Positions 18,670 to 27,147 of a stretch of 64,000 bases of DNA are shown one piece after another. The stretch's first letter is position 1. The number at the start of each line of letters is the position of its first letter. The notes below the pieces were generated by a model that had not been told where the DNA came from, did no database searches, and saw only the letters and a program-made list of their open reading frames with translations. The stretch covers positions 4,744-68,743 of the forward strand of contig JAUILH010000002.1 in NCBI GenBank assembly GCA_030433115.1, written 5' to 3'. The stretch is from Bacteroidia bacterium (GTDB lineage Bacteria; Bacteroidota; Bacteroidia; Flavobacteriales_D; JAUILH01). The translations under genes were made by a program, and so were the position numbers.

Positions 18670-21027
18670 ATGCGGCTTTTTCGTAAAATATCTTTTCCTT
18701 TCCGCAGGCTTTGGTGTTGGATAAAGAAGGTGCGCTATTATTTGATAGCGGCCTTTCTTATCCTTGCGGGAATTTGGTGGTTTTGTCTGCCAAACGAACT
18801 TTTCAATGATCCAACAAGCACTGTTTTAAAAGATAGACATGGCAATATTCTGGGGGCTAGAATAGCAAGTGATGGACAATGGCGCTTTCCAGCAAGAGAT
18901 CAAGTACCATACAAATTTGAACAAGCCATTATTCAGTTTGAAGACCGTGACTTTTACGATCACATGGGGTTTAGTTTCAAAGCATTCGGACGTGCCATCA
19001 AGCAGAACATTCAGGCCGGGGAAGTTGTCAGCGGTGGTAGTACGATCAGCATGCAAACCATCAGAATTTCAAGAAAGGGTCAAACTAGAAGTGTATTTGA
19101 AAAGGTGGTAGAAGTATTTCAGTCGACCAGAATGGAAATGAGTTATTCAAAAGAAGAGATTTTGGCCATGTATGCTTCTAACGCCCCGATGGGTGGTAAT
19201 GTAGTAGGATTGGATGCCGCTGCCTGGCGATATTTTGGAACCACTCCGGAAAAATTGAGTTGGGCAGAGACCTGCGTTTTAGCTATTCTCCCAAATTCAC
19301 CTGGGTTGATTCATCCGGGAAGAAATCGGGATGCCTTGTTGAAGAAAAGGAATCGATTGTTAAAACGTCTGTATGAAGTTAAAATATTGGACAAATATGA
19401 CTATGAACTTGCCATTGCAGAGCCCATTCCTGACAAGCCCCCTCTTCTACCGAATATTGCTCCGCATCTCATGGATCGCATAATTAAGAATGGGCAGACA
19501 GGTCAAATTGTGCTTGCCACTGTTGACATTCAATTGCAGAACAAAGTCAATCGGGTGGTTGACAATCACCACAAACGTTTATCGAAAAATGAGATCCACA
19601 ATGCGGCAGTCTTGATTGTGAATAATAGAACTGGAGAAGTCATATCCTATGTAGGCAATACGGCTGGAGATAATCCCGAAAATGGCAATGCAGTGGACGT
19701 CATCCCGGCACCAAGAAGCACTGGCAGCATTCTCAAACCTTTCTTATTTGCAGGCATGATTCATTATGGAGAGATCACTCCTACGCAGCTGGTTGAAGAC
19801 GTGCCCATTATTCTGTCCGGTTATTCTCCTAAGAATTACAACGGCAAATATGACGGTGCGGTCCCGGCGAACAAGGCACTCGCCAAATCACTGAATGTGC
19901 CAATTGTCAAATTACTCAAACAATATGGCGTCCAGAAGTTCCATCACCAATTGAAGCGGATGGGCATGACAACACTTCATCAGCCGTCCTCACATTACGG
20001 ATTGTCATTGGTGCTCGGCGGTGCAGAAGCCAGTTTATGGGATTTATGTCTCATGTATTCCAATATGGCACGCACGTTAAATGATCAAAACAGCCTGAAT
20101 CAGCTTAAATTAAATAGCGGTGAAGCAGCAACAGAAACGGGCAAATTCACACCAAACAAAGCGGCTATTTGGTCAACATTTGAAGCGATGAACGGACTTG
20201 CCCGACCAGAATCTGAAGGATTATGGGAACAATTCAATTCTTCCCAGAAAATTGCATGGAAAACCGGCACCAGCTTTGGTTTTAGAGATGCCTGGGCCAT
20301 TGGTGTTACTGCAGATTATACCGTTGGTGTATGGGTTGGCAATGCAGATGGCGAAGGGCGACCGGGACTAATTGGCATTCAGGCTGCCGCTCCCGTTCTA
20401 TTTGATGTTTTTGAGTTATTGCCTCAATCAAAGTGGTTCAAAAAGCCATTAGAAGACATGGTGCCCATTGCGATTTGCAGAAAGAGTGGTTATCGCGCAT
20501 CTAGATTCTCTTCTGATGTAGACACATTACTTTTGCCCAAGTCTTGTTTGGAAACCACAGCTTGTCCTTTTTGCAGGAAGGTTCATCTTGACCCATCAAA
20601 ATCCTATCAGGTAAATAGCAGCTGTTTGTCCAGTTTCGAACTGGTCACAGAGAATCGATTCGTTTTGCCTCCCATCATGGAAAAATACTACAAGCTTAAA
20701 AATCCAAGCTACGAACCGTTACCCCCATACAAAGACCTCTGTTCCAACACCTCTGAAGAAGCCATAGCAGTCATTTATCCGAAAGAAAATAGCCGGATTT
20801 ATATTCCAAAAAACTTAGATGGACAGCACAGCAAAACTGTGTTTGAAGTATCCCACAGACAGGACACTCTCAAGGTATACTGGCATCTAAACGATCAATT
20901 CATTGGCACTACCGAAGGCAATCATGAATTATCCGTCATCCCGGAAGAAGGCAAACATACACTCACTTTGGTAGACGAGTTGGGGCAGAGCTATGTCCGT
21001 CATTTTGAAGTTTTCAGCAAGGAATAA
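18670..21027 (+). CDS. pbpC: Penicillin-binding protein 1C (bifunctional transglycosylase/transpeptidase)
   Basis: GT51 motifs are EDRDFYDHMGF and GGSTISMQ. Transpeptidase motifs are STGSILKP (SxxK), YSPKNY (SxN) and KTGTS (KTG). The start lies 1 nt after the A2M stop. Confidence 0.93.
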   Translation: MRLFRKISFPFRRLWCWIKKVRYYLIAAFLILAGIWWFCLPNELFNDPTSTVLKDRHGNILGARIASDGQWRFPARDQVPYKFEQAIIQFEDRDFYDHMGFSFKAFGRAIKQNIQAGEVVSGGSTISMQTIRISRKGQTRSVFEKVVEVFQSTRMEMSYSKEEILAMYASNAPMGGNVVGLDAAAWRYFGTTPEKLSWAETCVLAILPNSPGLIHPGRNRDALLKKRNRLLKRLYEVKILDKYDYELAIAEPIPDKPPLLPNIAPHLMDRIIKNGQTGQIVLATVDIQLQNKVNRVVDNHHKRLSKNEIHNAAVLIVNNRTGEVISYVGNTAGDNPENGNAVDVIPAPRSTGSILKPFLFAGMIHYGEITPTQLVEDVPIILSGYSPKNYNGKYDGAVPANKALAKSLNVPIVKLLKQYGVQKFHHQLKRMGMTTLHQPSSHYGLSLVLGGAEASLWDLCLMYSNMARTLNDQNSLNQLKLNSGEAATETGKFTPNKAAIWSTFEAMNGLARPESEGLWEQFNSSQKIAWKTGTSFGFRDAWAIGVTADYTVGVWVGNADGEGRPGLIGIQAAAPVLFDVFELLPQSKWFKKPLEDMVPIAICRKSGYRASRFSSDVDTLLLPKSCLETTACPFCRKVHLDPSKSYQVNSSCLSSFELVTENRFVLPPIMEKYYKLKNPSYEPLPPYKDLCSNTSEEAIAVIYPKENSRIYIPKNLDGQHSKTVFEVSHRQDTLKVYWHLNDQFIGTTEGNHELSVIPEEGKHTLTLVDELGQSYVRHFEVFSKE

Positions 21028-21114
21028 GATTCCAATAAATCGAGGACATAAATAGCTAAGACTGCTCAAAAATGTGTACTTTTACTATAGATCGTTAAAA
21101 TTAAAACTAACTAT

Positions 21115-22149
21115 ATGAAACACATCTACACAACATTTTTCGCATTGGCCATTGCAGGGTCCGTTAGCGCTCAAACCCAGCGCCTCACATTGGTAGAAGG
21201 ATTTACTAGTAACACCTGCGGACCTTGTGCGGGATGGAACAACTCCTACTCCCCAATTCTGGAGGCCAATAACCCAAATGAAGGAAACACAGCTGGCGTT
21301 GCAGTTCTGAAATATCAAATGGACTGGCCATCTCCTGGAAATGACCCTAGTAACAACAATGACGCAGACTCCAGAAGAAGTTTTTATGGAGTAACTGGTA
21401 TTCCGGACTGGAAAATTGATGGTGAGCCTAATGGTGGAACACAAGCTGAGATTGATGCGGCCAATATGGTAGATTCTTACCTGGAGATTGATGCAGCTTA
21501 CACTTTAACCGGAACAACCATTGATGTGGAACTGGAATTCACACCTTTGGCAGATTTAGGAAATGGTCATTACTATTTCATCGCCCTGGCAAACAAATCG
21601 TACACCTATACTGGAGGTACTAACGGGGAGACTTCTTTCAAACACGTTTTCAGAAAAATGCTCCCTAATGCTGCTGGTGGCTGGTTGGCATCACTTGATT
21701 CTGGTGTGACTGTGACTAAAAGCGAATCTTATACATTTACTGTTGGTACGCCAACTCAAAACGACAACAACTTCTGGAATGCGGATTTTGAAGTCGTGGT
21801 ATTTGTCCAAAAGAAAACTGGTGGTTCAAGTGACGTTTTAAATGCAGCGGTTGCCACTGAAGGTGCTTTGGGCATTGCAGATGGGGATTCTGATGACTTT
21901 GGAATTTTATTATACCCTAACCCTGCCAATGAGCAAACTAATTTGGTATTTGAAGGCAATGGCAGTGATGATGTGATTGTGACTGTTTATGACAATGTAG
22001 GCAAATTGGTATCATCTCAAAATTATGGATCATTGAGTGGTAAGCAAACTATCAACATGACTACAAGCGATATGGAAGCAGGTATGTACCATGTAAATAT
22101 TCAAATTGGCAATCGAAAAGCCAACTCTACTTTGGTGGTGAATAAGTAA
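21115..22149 (+). CDS. T9SS cargo protein with an Omp28-related/thioredoxin-like N-terminal domain carrying a CGPC motif
   Basis: Signal peptide is MKHIYTTFFALAIAGSVSAQ. LVEGFTSNTCGPCAGWN contains the CGPC codons at 21217-21228. The C-terminal LLYPNPANEQTNLVF...LVVNK is a T9SS CTD. Confidence 0.72.
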   Translation: MKHIYTTFFALAIAGSVSAQTQRLTLVEGFTSNTCGPCAGWNNSYSPILEANNPNEGNTAGVAVLKYQMDWPSPGNDPSNNNDADSRRSFYGVTGIPDWKIDGEPNGGTQAEIDAANMVDSYLEIDAAYTLTGTTIDVELEFTPLADLGNGHYYFIALANKSYTYTGGTNGETSFKHVFRKMLPNAAGGWLASLDSGVTVTKSESYTFTVGTPTQNDNNFWNADFEVVVFVQKKTGGSSDVLNAAVATEGALGIADGDSDDFGILLYPNPANEQTNLVFEGNGSDDVIVTVYDNVGKLVSSQNYGSLSGKQTINMTTSDMEAGMYHVNIQIGNRKANSTLVVNK

Positions 22150-22170
22150 TTAATTCCGCATATTGGAAAG

Positions 22171-22200
22171 GGCCTTCCCGATATTGGGAGGGCTTTTTTT
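22171..22200 (+). terminator. Rho-independent terminator
   Basis: ggccttccc-gatatt-gggagggc forms one G-U pair and is followed by ttttttt. Confidence 0.7.
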
Positions 22201-22254
22201 GTGCAATTGAGTGGCATTATTGTTGTGGTATTTCAGCCACCAAAACCCAACCAG

Positions 22255-23295
22255 ATGCTACAGCAAGTCATCATCACCTTCACATGTCTGATCTGTCCGA
22301 TAACAGAAAGTCTTTCTCAGAGCAAATACCCCAATGGACAAATCAAAGCTGAGCGTGATTCGCTTACCGGGATTTACACAGAATATTATGAAAACGGAGA
22401 CCTAAAACTGGTATCAAAAGACTCTCTCTTCTTTCGTTTGATCTATGACAGCTGGCATGAAAATAGGCAACTGAAAGAATCGAATAGCAAGTTATGCGAC
22501 TCCATTGTTGCTCACATCCAGTATTTTGACAAAGGACAAATTAAAGAACGGGGCAAACTCCTAATTCTGAAACCACAACCAGGAAGAACAGCTTACACAG
22601 TAGTTAGGACTGGGCGATGGCATTTTTACAGTCCGGAAGGAGATTCTTCCATACTCACTTATAAAAGAAGTCCCTATAAAATCATGGGACATGGTGATGT
22701 CGAATCCTATTATTTCAACGGTCAACTAGAATCCAAAGGGAACTATCAAAACAATTTGCGCAACGGGATACACACATCTTTTTATGAGGACGGAACGCTC
22801 AAATCAAAGATACACTATGATATGGGTATAACAATCAGCTCTAAATTTTATTTCCCCAGCGGCATAATTGATTGGACATTTTTTTATGACTCAAAACATG
22901 TCAAAAAAACCATCTGGCACGACCATTTAGGCAATACCCGAACAATCAATTTGAACGATACCCTTAACAAGATCAAAACTGAAGAGAATTTTCAATCGGA
23001 TGGGACACTATCCTCAAAAACAATTGAAGATTACTCGAAAGAATACCAACACATACAAAGCTTTTATTACCTGGATAATGGCGAACTCGAAAAAACCGCC
23101 GTAGTTGAAGGTAATAGACGCAAAAATTCACTTACATACTTCAATCCTGAAGGAAAAAAAACAGAACGAACAACCTTCTTTAAAAGCGGAATGGTCACAA
23201 AATATGTAAAAAAAGAGAACGGCAAAGTTAAACGTAAGGTGTACCTAAGGCGGAAGAACTATTGGAAACAAAAAGAGAAACAATCCGATCAATGA
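22255..23295 (+). CDS. MORN-variant repeat protein (YwqK-like)
   Basis: It contains repeated YYENGxLK / YFNGQLESKGNYQNNLRNGIHTSFYEDGTLKSKIHY units. I prefer the start at Met19 (22255) because the GTG at 22201 overlaps the upstream terminator. Confidence 0.68.
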   Translation: MLQQVIITFTCLICPITESLSQSKYPNGQIKAERDSLTGIYTEYYENGDLKLVSKDSLFFRLIYDSWHENRQLKESNSKLCDSIVAHIQYFDKGQIKERGKLLILKPQPGRTAYTVVRTGRWHFYSPEGDSSILTYKRSPYKIMGHGDVESYYFNGQLESKGNYQNNLRNGIHTSFYEDGTLKSKIHYDMGITISSKFYFPSGIIDWTFFYDSKHVKKTIWHDHLGNTRTINLNDTLNKIKTEENFQSDGTLSSKTIEDYSKEYQHIQSFYYLDNGELEKTAVVEGNRRKNSLTYFNPEGKKTERTTFFKSGMVTKYVKKENGKVKRKVYLRRKNYWKQKEKQSDQ

Positions 23296-23310
23296 TTACC
23301 TTTGCGCGAA

Positions 23311-24261
23311 ATGTCAACTACCCTGCTATCCTCCCCGCTTCAAGGTTTCACAGACTATCGATTCAGGAATGCCTTCCACAGATATTTTGGAGGAATTGAC
23401 ACATTCTATGCCCCCTATATTCGACTTAACGGCAAATTAAAGATCAAGTCGAATTATGAAAGAGATATCGCTCTGAAGAACAACACAAATCTAGAGGTGA
23501 TTCCTCAAATTATGACCAATGATGCAGATGAATTCTTGTTTGTGGTTAAATACATTCGGTCGCTCGGTTATACAGAGCTCAACTGGAACCTGGGTTGCCC
23601 TTACCCTATGGTGGTCAATAAGTGCATGGGATCAGGACTCATCAATGATCCGCAGCGAATAGACCATATTTTGAAAAGAGTTCATGAAGAGACTGATGTG
23701 ACTGTCTCAATGAAAATGCGCATGGGTTACGAGCATAGTAAAGAAATTCTTCAAGCCTTTCCTGTCCTGAATAAATATCCTTTGAAAAGCATTGCCATTC
23801 ATGCCAGAATTGGAAAGCAACTCTACAAGGGTGGAGTTGATCTGGAATCGTTTGCAAGATGTTTAGATCACACCTCACATAAAGTCTATTACAATGGAGA
23901 CATCACTACAGTAGAAGGTTTTCGGCAATTAAAAACTAAATTCCCACAAATAGACCATTGGATGATCGGCCGTGGATTGATTGCAGATCCTTTTTTACCA
24001 GGTATGATTAAAGCGGATACAGTTGTCTATCCCGACAATAAACCGGAGGTGTTTAGTAAATTTCACGACACCTTGTTTGCTGAGTTTGAACAACACTTGA
24101 AAGGAGAAAAACATGTGGTCATGAAGATGCAATCTTATTGGGAGTATTTTGCCGACTTATTTCCTGATCAAAAACGTGAATTGAAACGTATTAATAAGGC
24201 GAAAAGCTTTGAGGAATACGATTTAGCGGTTGGGGAGGTATTGAGGGGAAGCAACTATTGA
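23311..24261 (+). CDS. tRNA-dihydrouridine synthase family protein
   Basis: LSSPLQGFTDYRFRNAF, NWNLGCPYPMVVNKCMGSGLI (catalytic Cys region) and IHARIGKQLYKGGVD match the Dus/TIM-barrel flavoenzyme pattern. The ATG at 23311 is preferred over the TTG at 23302. Confidence 0.87.
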   Translation: MSTTLLSSPLQGFTDYRFRNAFHRYFGGIDTFYAPYIRLNGKLKIKSNYERDIALKNNTNLEVIPQIMTNDADEFLFVVKYIRSLGYTELNWNLGCPYPMVVNKCMGSGLINDPQRIDHILKRVHEETDVTVSMKMRMGYEHSKEILQAFPVLNKYPLKSIAIHARIGKQLYKGGVDLESFARCLDHTSHKVYYNGDITTVEGFRQLKTKFPQIDHWMIGRGLIADPFLPGMIKADTVVYPDNKPEVFSKFHDTLFAEFEQHLKGEKHVVMKMQSYWEYFADLFPDQKRELKRINKAKSFEEYDLAVGEVLRGSNY

Positions 24262-24284
24262 GGCATTAATCTCATCACCTTGGT

Positions 24285-24500
24285 ATGCGTGTTTTGATCT
24301 TATGCCTGCTTTCAATCATTGTTTATTCTTGTAATAAACCGGAAGGTTTCAAGACAAAACTGAAGGATAATGAGAACTACTACTTTAATGGTATCGGAGT
24401 TATACTTCACGGGAATCCCCAAATTATGCCGCAGGATCTGTTGAAATGGCCCTTTTTCAAAATCAAAAAATTGTCAGATTCGATAATAAAGATTCTTTAG
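24285..24500 (+). CDS. Small lipoprotein-like ORF, possibly the N-terminal fragment of a frameshifted gene
   Basis: MRVLILCLLSIIVYSCNK looks like a lipoprotein signal. The ORF overlaps the next one by 55 nt in another frame. Confidence 0.35.
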   Translation: MRVLILCLLSIIVYSCNKPEGFKTKLKDNENYYFNGIGVILHGNPQIMPQDLLKWPFFKIKKLSDSIIKIL

Positions 24501-24880
24501 ACTCAGTTGTGCATTATGCTCATAGCATGAGTAATCGATCAAAACGCAAATTAAGTATGTCAGACATGATTAATGGTGTTGATTTTTCCACTCATTCTGT
24601 TTACGTAATCTATACAATTACAGAACAACAGGAATTTCCAAACGTGTCAAAAGACAAAATTTGGGTAAATGACTCCAATAAAGAGATTTTATTCGATTTT
24701 AAGCTAAGAGTACAGATAGGTGGCAGTGGTATGGATTACGTAGCAGGGTTTTGGTACGTTATTTTACCCAAAAGCTATGATGATTACTCTATACGCTGCA
24801 CACTTCATGTGAACGAAACAGGAAAGTTGTATGGTGGTCCAGGAAATGACTATACCAGAGAATACAATCTTTTTAACTAG
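24446..24880 (+). CDS. Hypothetical protein, possibly the C-terminal part of the same gene as 24285-24500
   Basis: The ORF is 144 aa and has no signal peptide of its own. Its reading frame is already open from 24389. Confidence 0.45.
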   Translation: MALFQNQKIVRFDNKDSLDSVVHYAHSMSNRSKRKLSMSDMINGVDFSTHSVYVIYTITEQQEFPNVSKDKIWVNDSNKEILFDFKLRVQIGGSGMDYVAGFWYVILPKSYDDYSIRCTLHVNETGKLYGGPGNDYTREYNLFN

Positions 24881-25078
24881 GCTTTAGTCATTATTCCGTT
24901 CTTCGACAATATAGACCGGAAACGATAAATTAAGGATCATCAAAAAGTCTAAACTGTATCTCTCCTGCTAATTGATAACAGAGTGCGACCAACCGAAAAA
25001 ACGATTGGCAAAATTGATCTGTATTTCTTCCAGTCATATTTTATTAATTATACTTTGAGCAACTCTAAACGATACAAC

Positions 25079-25633
25079 ATGCAATTTGAAATAGAACATT
25101 GGCCAAACCGATTTGGAAAACACACCTTGACAAGACTTGTCAAGGGTTTTATTAAAGGATGGCTCCTTCTTGCTCTCATCACAATAATCATGTTTGTATT
25201 ATATTACTTTACTCATATTAACACTCTGAGGTATGTAATCCAGGGGTTTGTTTTTGTGATGATTATAGCTCCTCTGCTACCAATTGTCTCTTATTTCCAA
25301 CAGGACAGAAAGACCCCGGCATACGGCATAAACAAAGATGGATTCATTCTCAACGAAAGAGGTTGGTATGCCTGTTTTTTTAAATGGGATGAAATTGCAT
25401 CAATTGAACGTTTTGATCATCCAAAATTTGGACTGGAACTACACTTTGAGTTTGTATCGTACACAAAAGCAATCAACAAACCTAATCAGGATAAGTTCAG
25501 GCAGTCATTAATGCGGGAATATGGGATTGAAAAGCAGCCTAAAAAGATCAGCGGTCAGCTTGTGAAAGGAGATGTCACAAAGTTCATAGAATTGTTTGAA
25601 AAGTATTTTACCGAGCATCAGAGTATGGCATAG
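25079..25633 (+). CDS. Hypothetical membrane protein (two TM helices plus a soluble C-terminal domain)
   Basis: The ORF is 24983-25633. I prefer the ATG at 25079 (MQFEIEHW...). The TM segments are GWLLLALITIIMFVLYYF and GFVFVMIIAPLLPIVSYF. Confidence 0.5.
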   Translation: MQFEIEHWPNRFGKHTLTRLVKGFIKGWLLLALITIIMFVLYYFTHINTLRYVIQGFVFVMIIAPLLPIVSYFQQDRKTPAYGINKDGFILNERGWYACFFKWDEIASIERFDHPKFGLELHFEFVSYTKAINKPNQDKFRQSLMREYGIEKQPKKISGQLVKGDVTKFIELFEKYFTEHQSMA

Positions 25634-25659
25634 GTGCAATTAATAAGGCACGCTAGATT

Positions 25660-25814
25660 ATCCTATGATCCATTTGTCTCTGTTTTGAAATATGAAGTCT
25701 TCACGTTTTACAAACGTGATACTTTTTTGTTTACCATTCCCTCACTCAAACAGAGTTTGGCTCGGTTATGCCAAACAAAAAAGTCGCACCTCTCGGCGCG
25801 ACTTCATCTTATCC
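25660..25814 (-). repeat. tRNA-linked 155-bp structured non-coding module, copy 1 (3' of tRNA-Val)
   Basis: It is about 80-85% identical by eye to 47631-47788. It begins directly after the tRNA discriminator base with the shared trailer CGGATAAGATGAAGTCG (minus strand). It contains three hairpins at 25781-25804, 25756-25775 and 25701-25719. Confidence 0.85.
25777..25806 (-). terminator. Rho-independent terminator of tRNA-Val (hairpin H3 of the module)
   Basis: On the minus strand, AAGTCGCGCC-GAGA-GGTGCGACTT is followed by TTTTTTG. Confidence 0.75.
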
Positions 25815-25815
25815 G

Positions 25816-25890
25816 TGAGGCATACTGGATTCGAACCAGTGACCCCTACCCTGTCAAGGTAGTGCTCTGAACCAACTGAGCTAATGCCTC
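25816..25890 (-). tRNA. tRNA-Val (anticodon GAC)
   Basis: Hand-folded cloverleaf of 75 nt with no encoded CCA. Acceptor GAGGCAT/ATGCCTC, D-arm GCTC-AGTTGGTTCA-GAGC, anticodon arm CTACC-TTGACAG-GGTAG, variable loop GGGTC, T-arm ACTGG-TTCGAAT-CCAGT, discriminator A. Confidence 0.92.
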
Positions 25891-25984
25891 ATGGAGACAA
25901 ATATCAACATTTTTTGTTTTGCATCCGTCGAAAAAGTGAGCTAAGATTTACGCAAATTCAATACCTTCAACTCTTGAAACTAGC

Positions 25985-27109
25985 ATGAATCAGATTCTAC
26001 AAAGTATATTGACTCTATTGTTCCTAACTATGTCTCTCCAATTGGATGGGCAAAGTTTATCCCTAGTGAGTCCCTTGTCTTCAACTGTTCATGAAACTTC
26101 CGGATTGGACGTAGTAAATGGCAAATTGATTACCCATAACGATTCCGGAGGCGATCCTTTTCTGTATGAAATCGATTCTCTAACAGGCAATATATCCCGA
26201 ACAGTGGTGGTTGCCAATGCCTTTAACACAGATTGGGAAGACATCACCACAGACAGTGATTATATCTACCTGGGAGATTTCGGCAACAACTCAGGATCGC
26301 GGACAGATCTCAAGATATTCAGAGTAGCCATACCCGATTTTCTCACCACACCTAACGACACAGTTTACGCAGATACAACTTTCTTTAGCTATGCAGATCA
26401 AACGGATTTCACGCCCACATCTTTTCAGACCAATTATGACGCAGAAGCACTGATTTCATTCGGAGACAGTTTGTACATATTCTCGAAGAACTGGGGAAAT
26501 GGAAAGTCTTACATTTATGCTTTACCCAAAAATCCGGGCACCTATTCTCTGGTCAAACGAGACAGTATTGACACTCAGGGGCAAGTAACCGCAGCAACAT
26601 TTAACCCATACAACAACAGCATTCTATTGACCGGCTATGCTGGTTTAAATCCATTTTTAGTCCAGATAAGTCACTTTACCGGTGACAATTTTGCGTCCGG
26701 TCATATTGTGAGAGTTCCCATGTCTCCTCCCTCAGGGTACAGCTATCAAATAGAAAGCGTTATTTGCTTTAAAAGTGACTATTACTACCTCACAGCGGAG
26801 GACAACTTCTCAGGAAATTCCGGTCTATTTAGTCTGGAAAGTGAGTTTTTAGATGTTACCAATCAGACATCATCCGATATCGAGTTGTATCCTAATCCGT
26901 GCACGGGACATCTTCGATTTAAATCAAATCAAGAGCTCGGTACTCAATTGAATCTTTCTATCTATAATTTACAGGGACAGTTGATCCAAAAATCCACTCT
27001 AAAAACGAATGAATCTCTTGATGTACAAAGACTTAATACGGGTACATATTTGATTGAAATCAGTTCAGAACCGTTCTTTCGGAGTACTCAGATTCTGGTT
27101 ATTCAGTAA
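25985..27109 (+). CDS. T9SS cargo protein with a beta-propeller-like N-terminal domain (SdiA-regulated/phytase-like fold suspected)
   Basis: It has a signal peptide. Conserved stretches are HETSGLDVVNGKLITHNDSGG, DWEDITTDSDYIYLGDFGNNSG and the C-terminal IELYPNPCTGHLRF...LVIQ (T9SS CTD). Confidence 0.75.
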   Translation: MNQILQSILTLLFLTMSLQLDGQSLSLVSPLSSTVHETSGLDVVNGKLITHNDSGGDPFLYEIDSLTGNISRTVVVANAFNTDWEDITTDSDYIYLGDFGNNSGSRTDLKIFRVAIPDFLTTPNDTVYADTTFFSYADQTDFTPTSFQTNYDAEALISFGDSLYIFSKNWGNGKSYIYALPKNPGTYSLVKRDSIDTQGQVTAATFNPYNNSILLTGYAGLNPFLVQISHFTGDNFASGHIVRVPMSPPSGYSYQIESVICFKSDYYYLTAEDNFSGNSGLFSLESEFLDVTNQTSSDIELYPNPCTGHLRFKSNQELGTQLNLSIYNLQGQLIQKSTLKTNESLDVQRLNTGTYLIEISSEPFFRSTQILVIQ

Positions 27110-27147
27110 TATTTGTGCAGATTAACATCATAGCTTATTAAGGATTG

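Noticed and set aside
21085-21444. 119-aa minus-strand ORF overlapping the start of the T9SS thioredoxin-like gene
   Set aside because: It lies entirely antisense to a well-supported gene that has a signal peptide and a CTD, and it has no recognisable features.
25634-25870. 78-aa ORF from the track (MQLIRHARLSYDPFVSVLKYEV...)
   Set aside because: It reads straight through the non-coding module and into the antisense of tRNA-Val. Its similarity to ORF 47390-47824 only reflects the DNA repeat, and the hairpin covariation pattern is RNA/DNA-like rather than codon-like.
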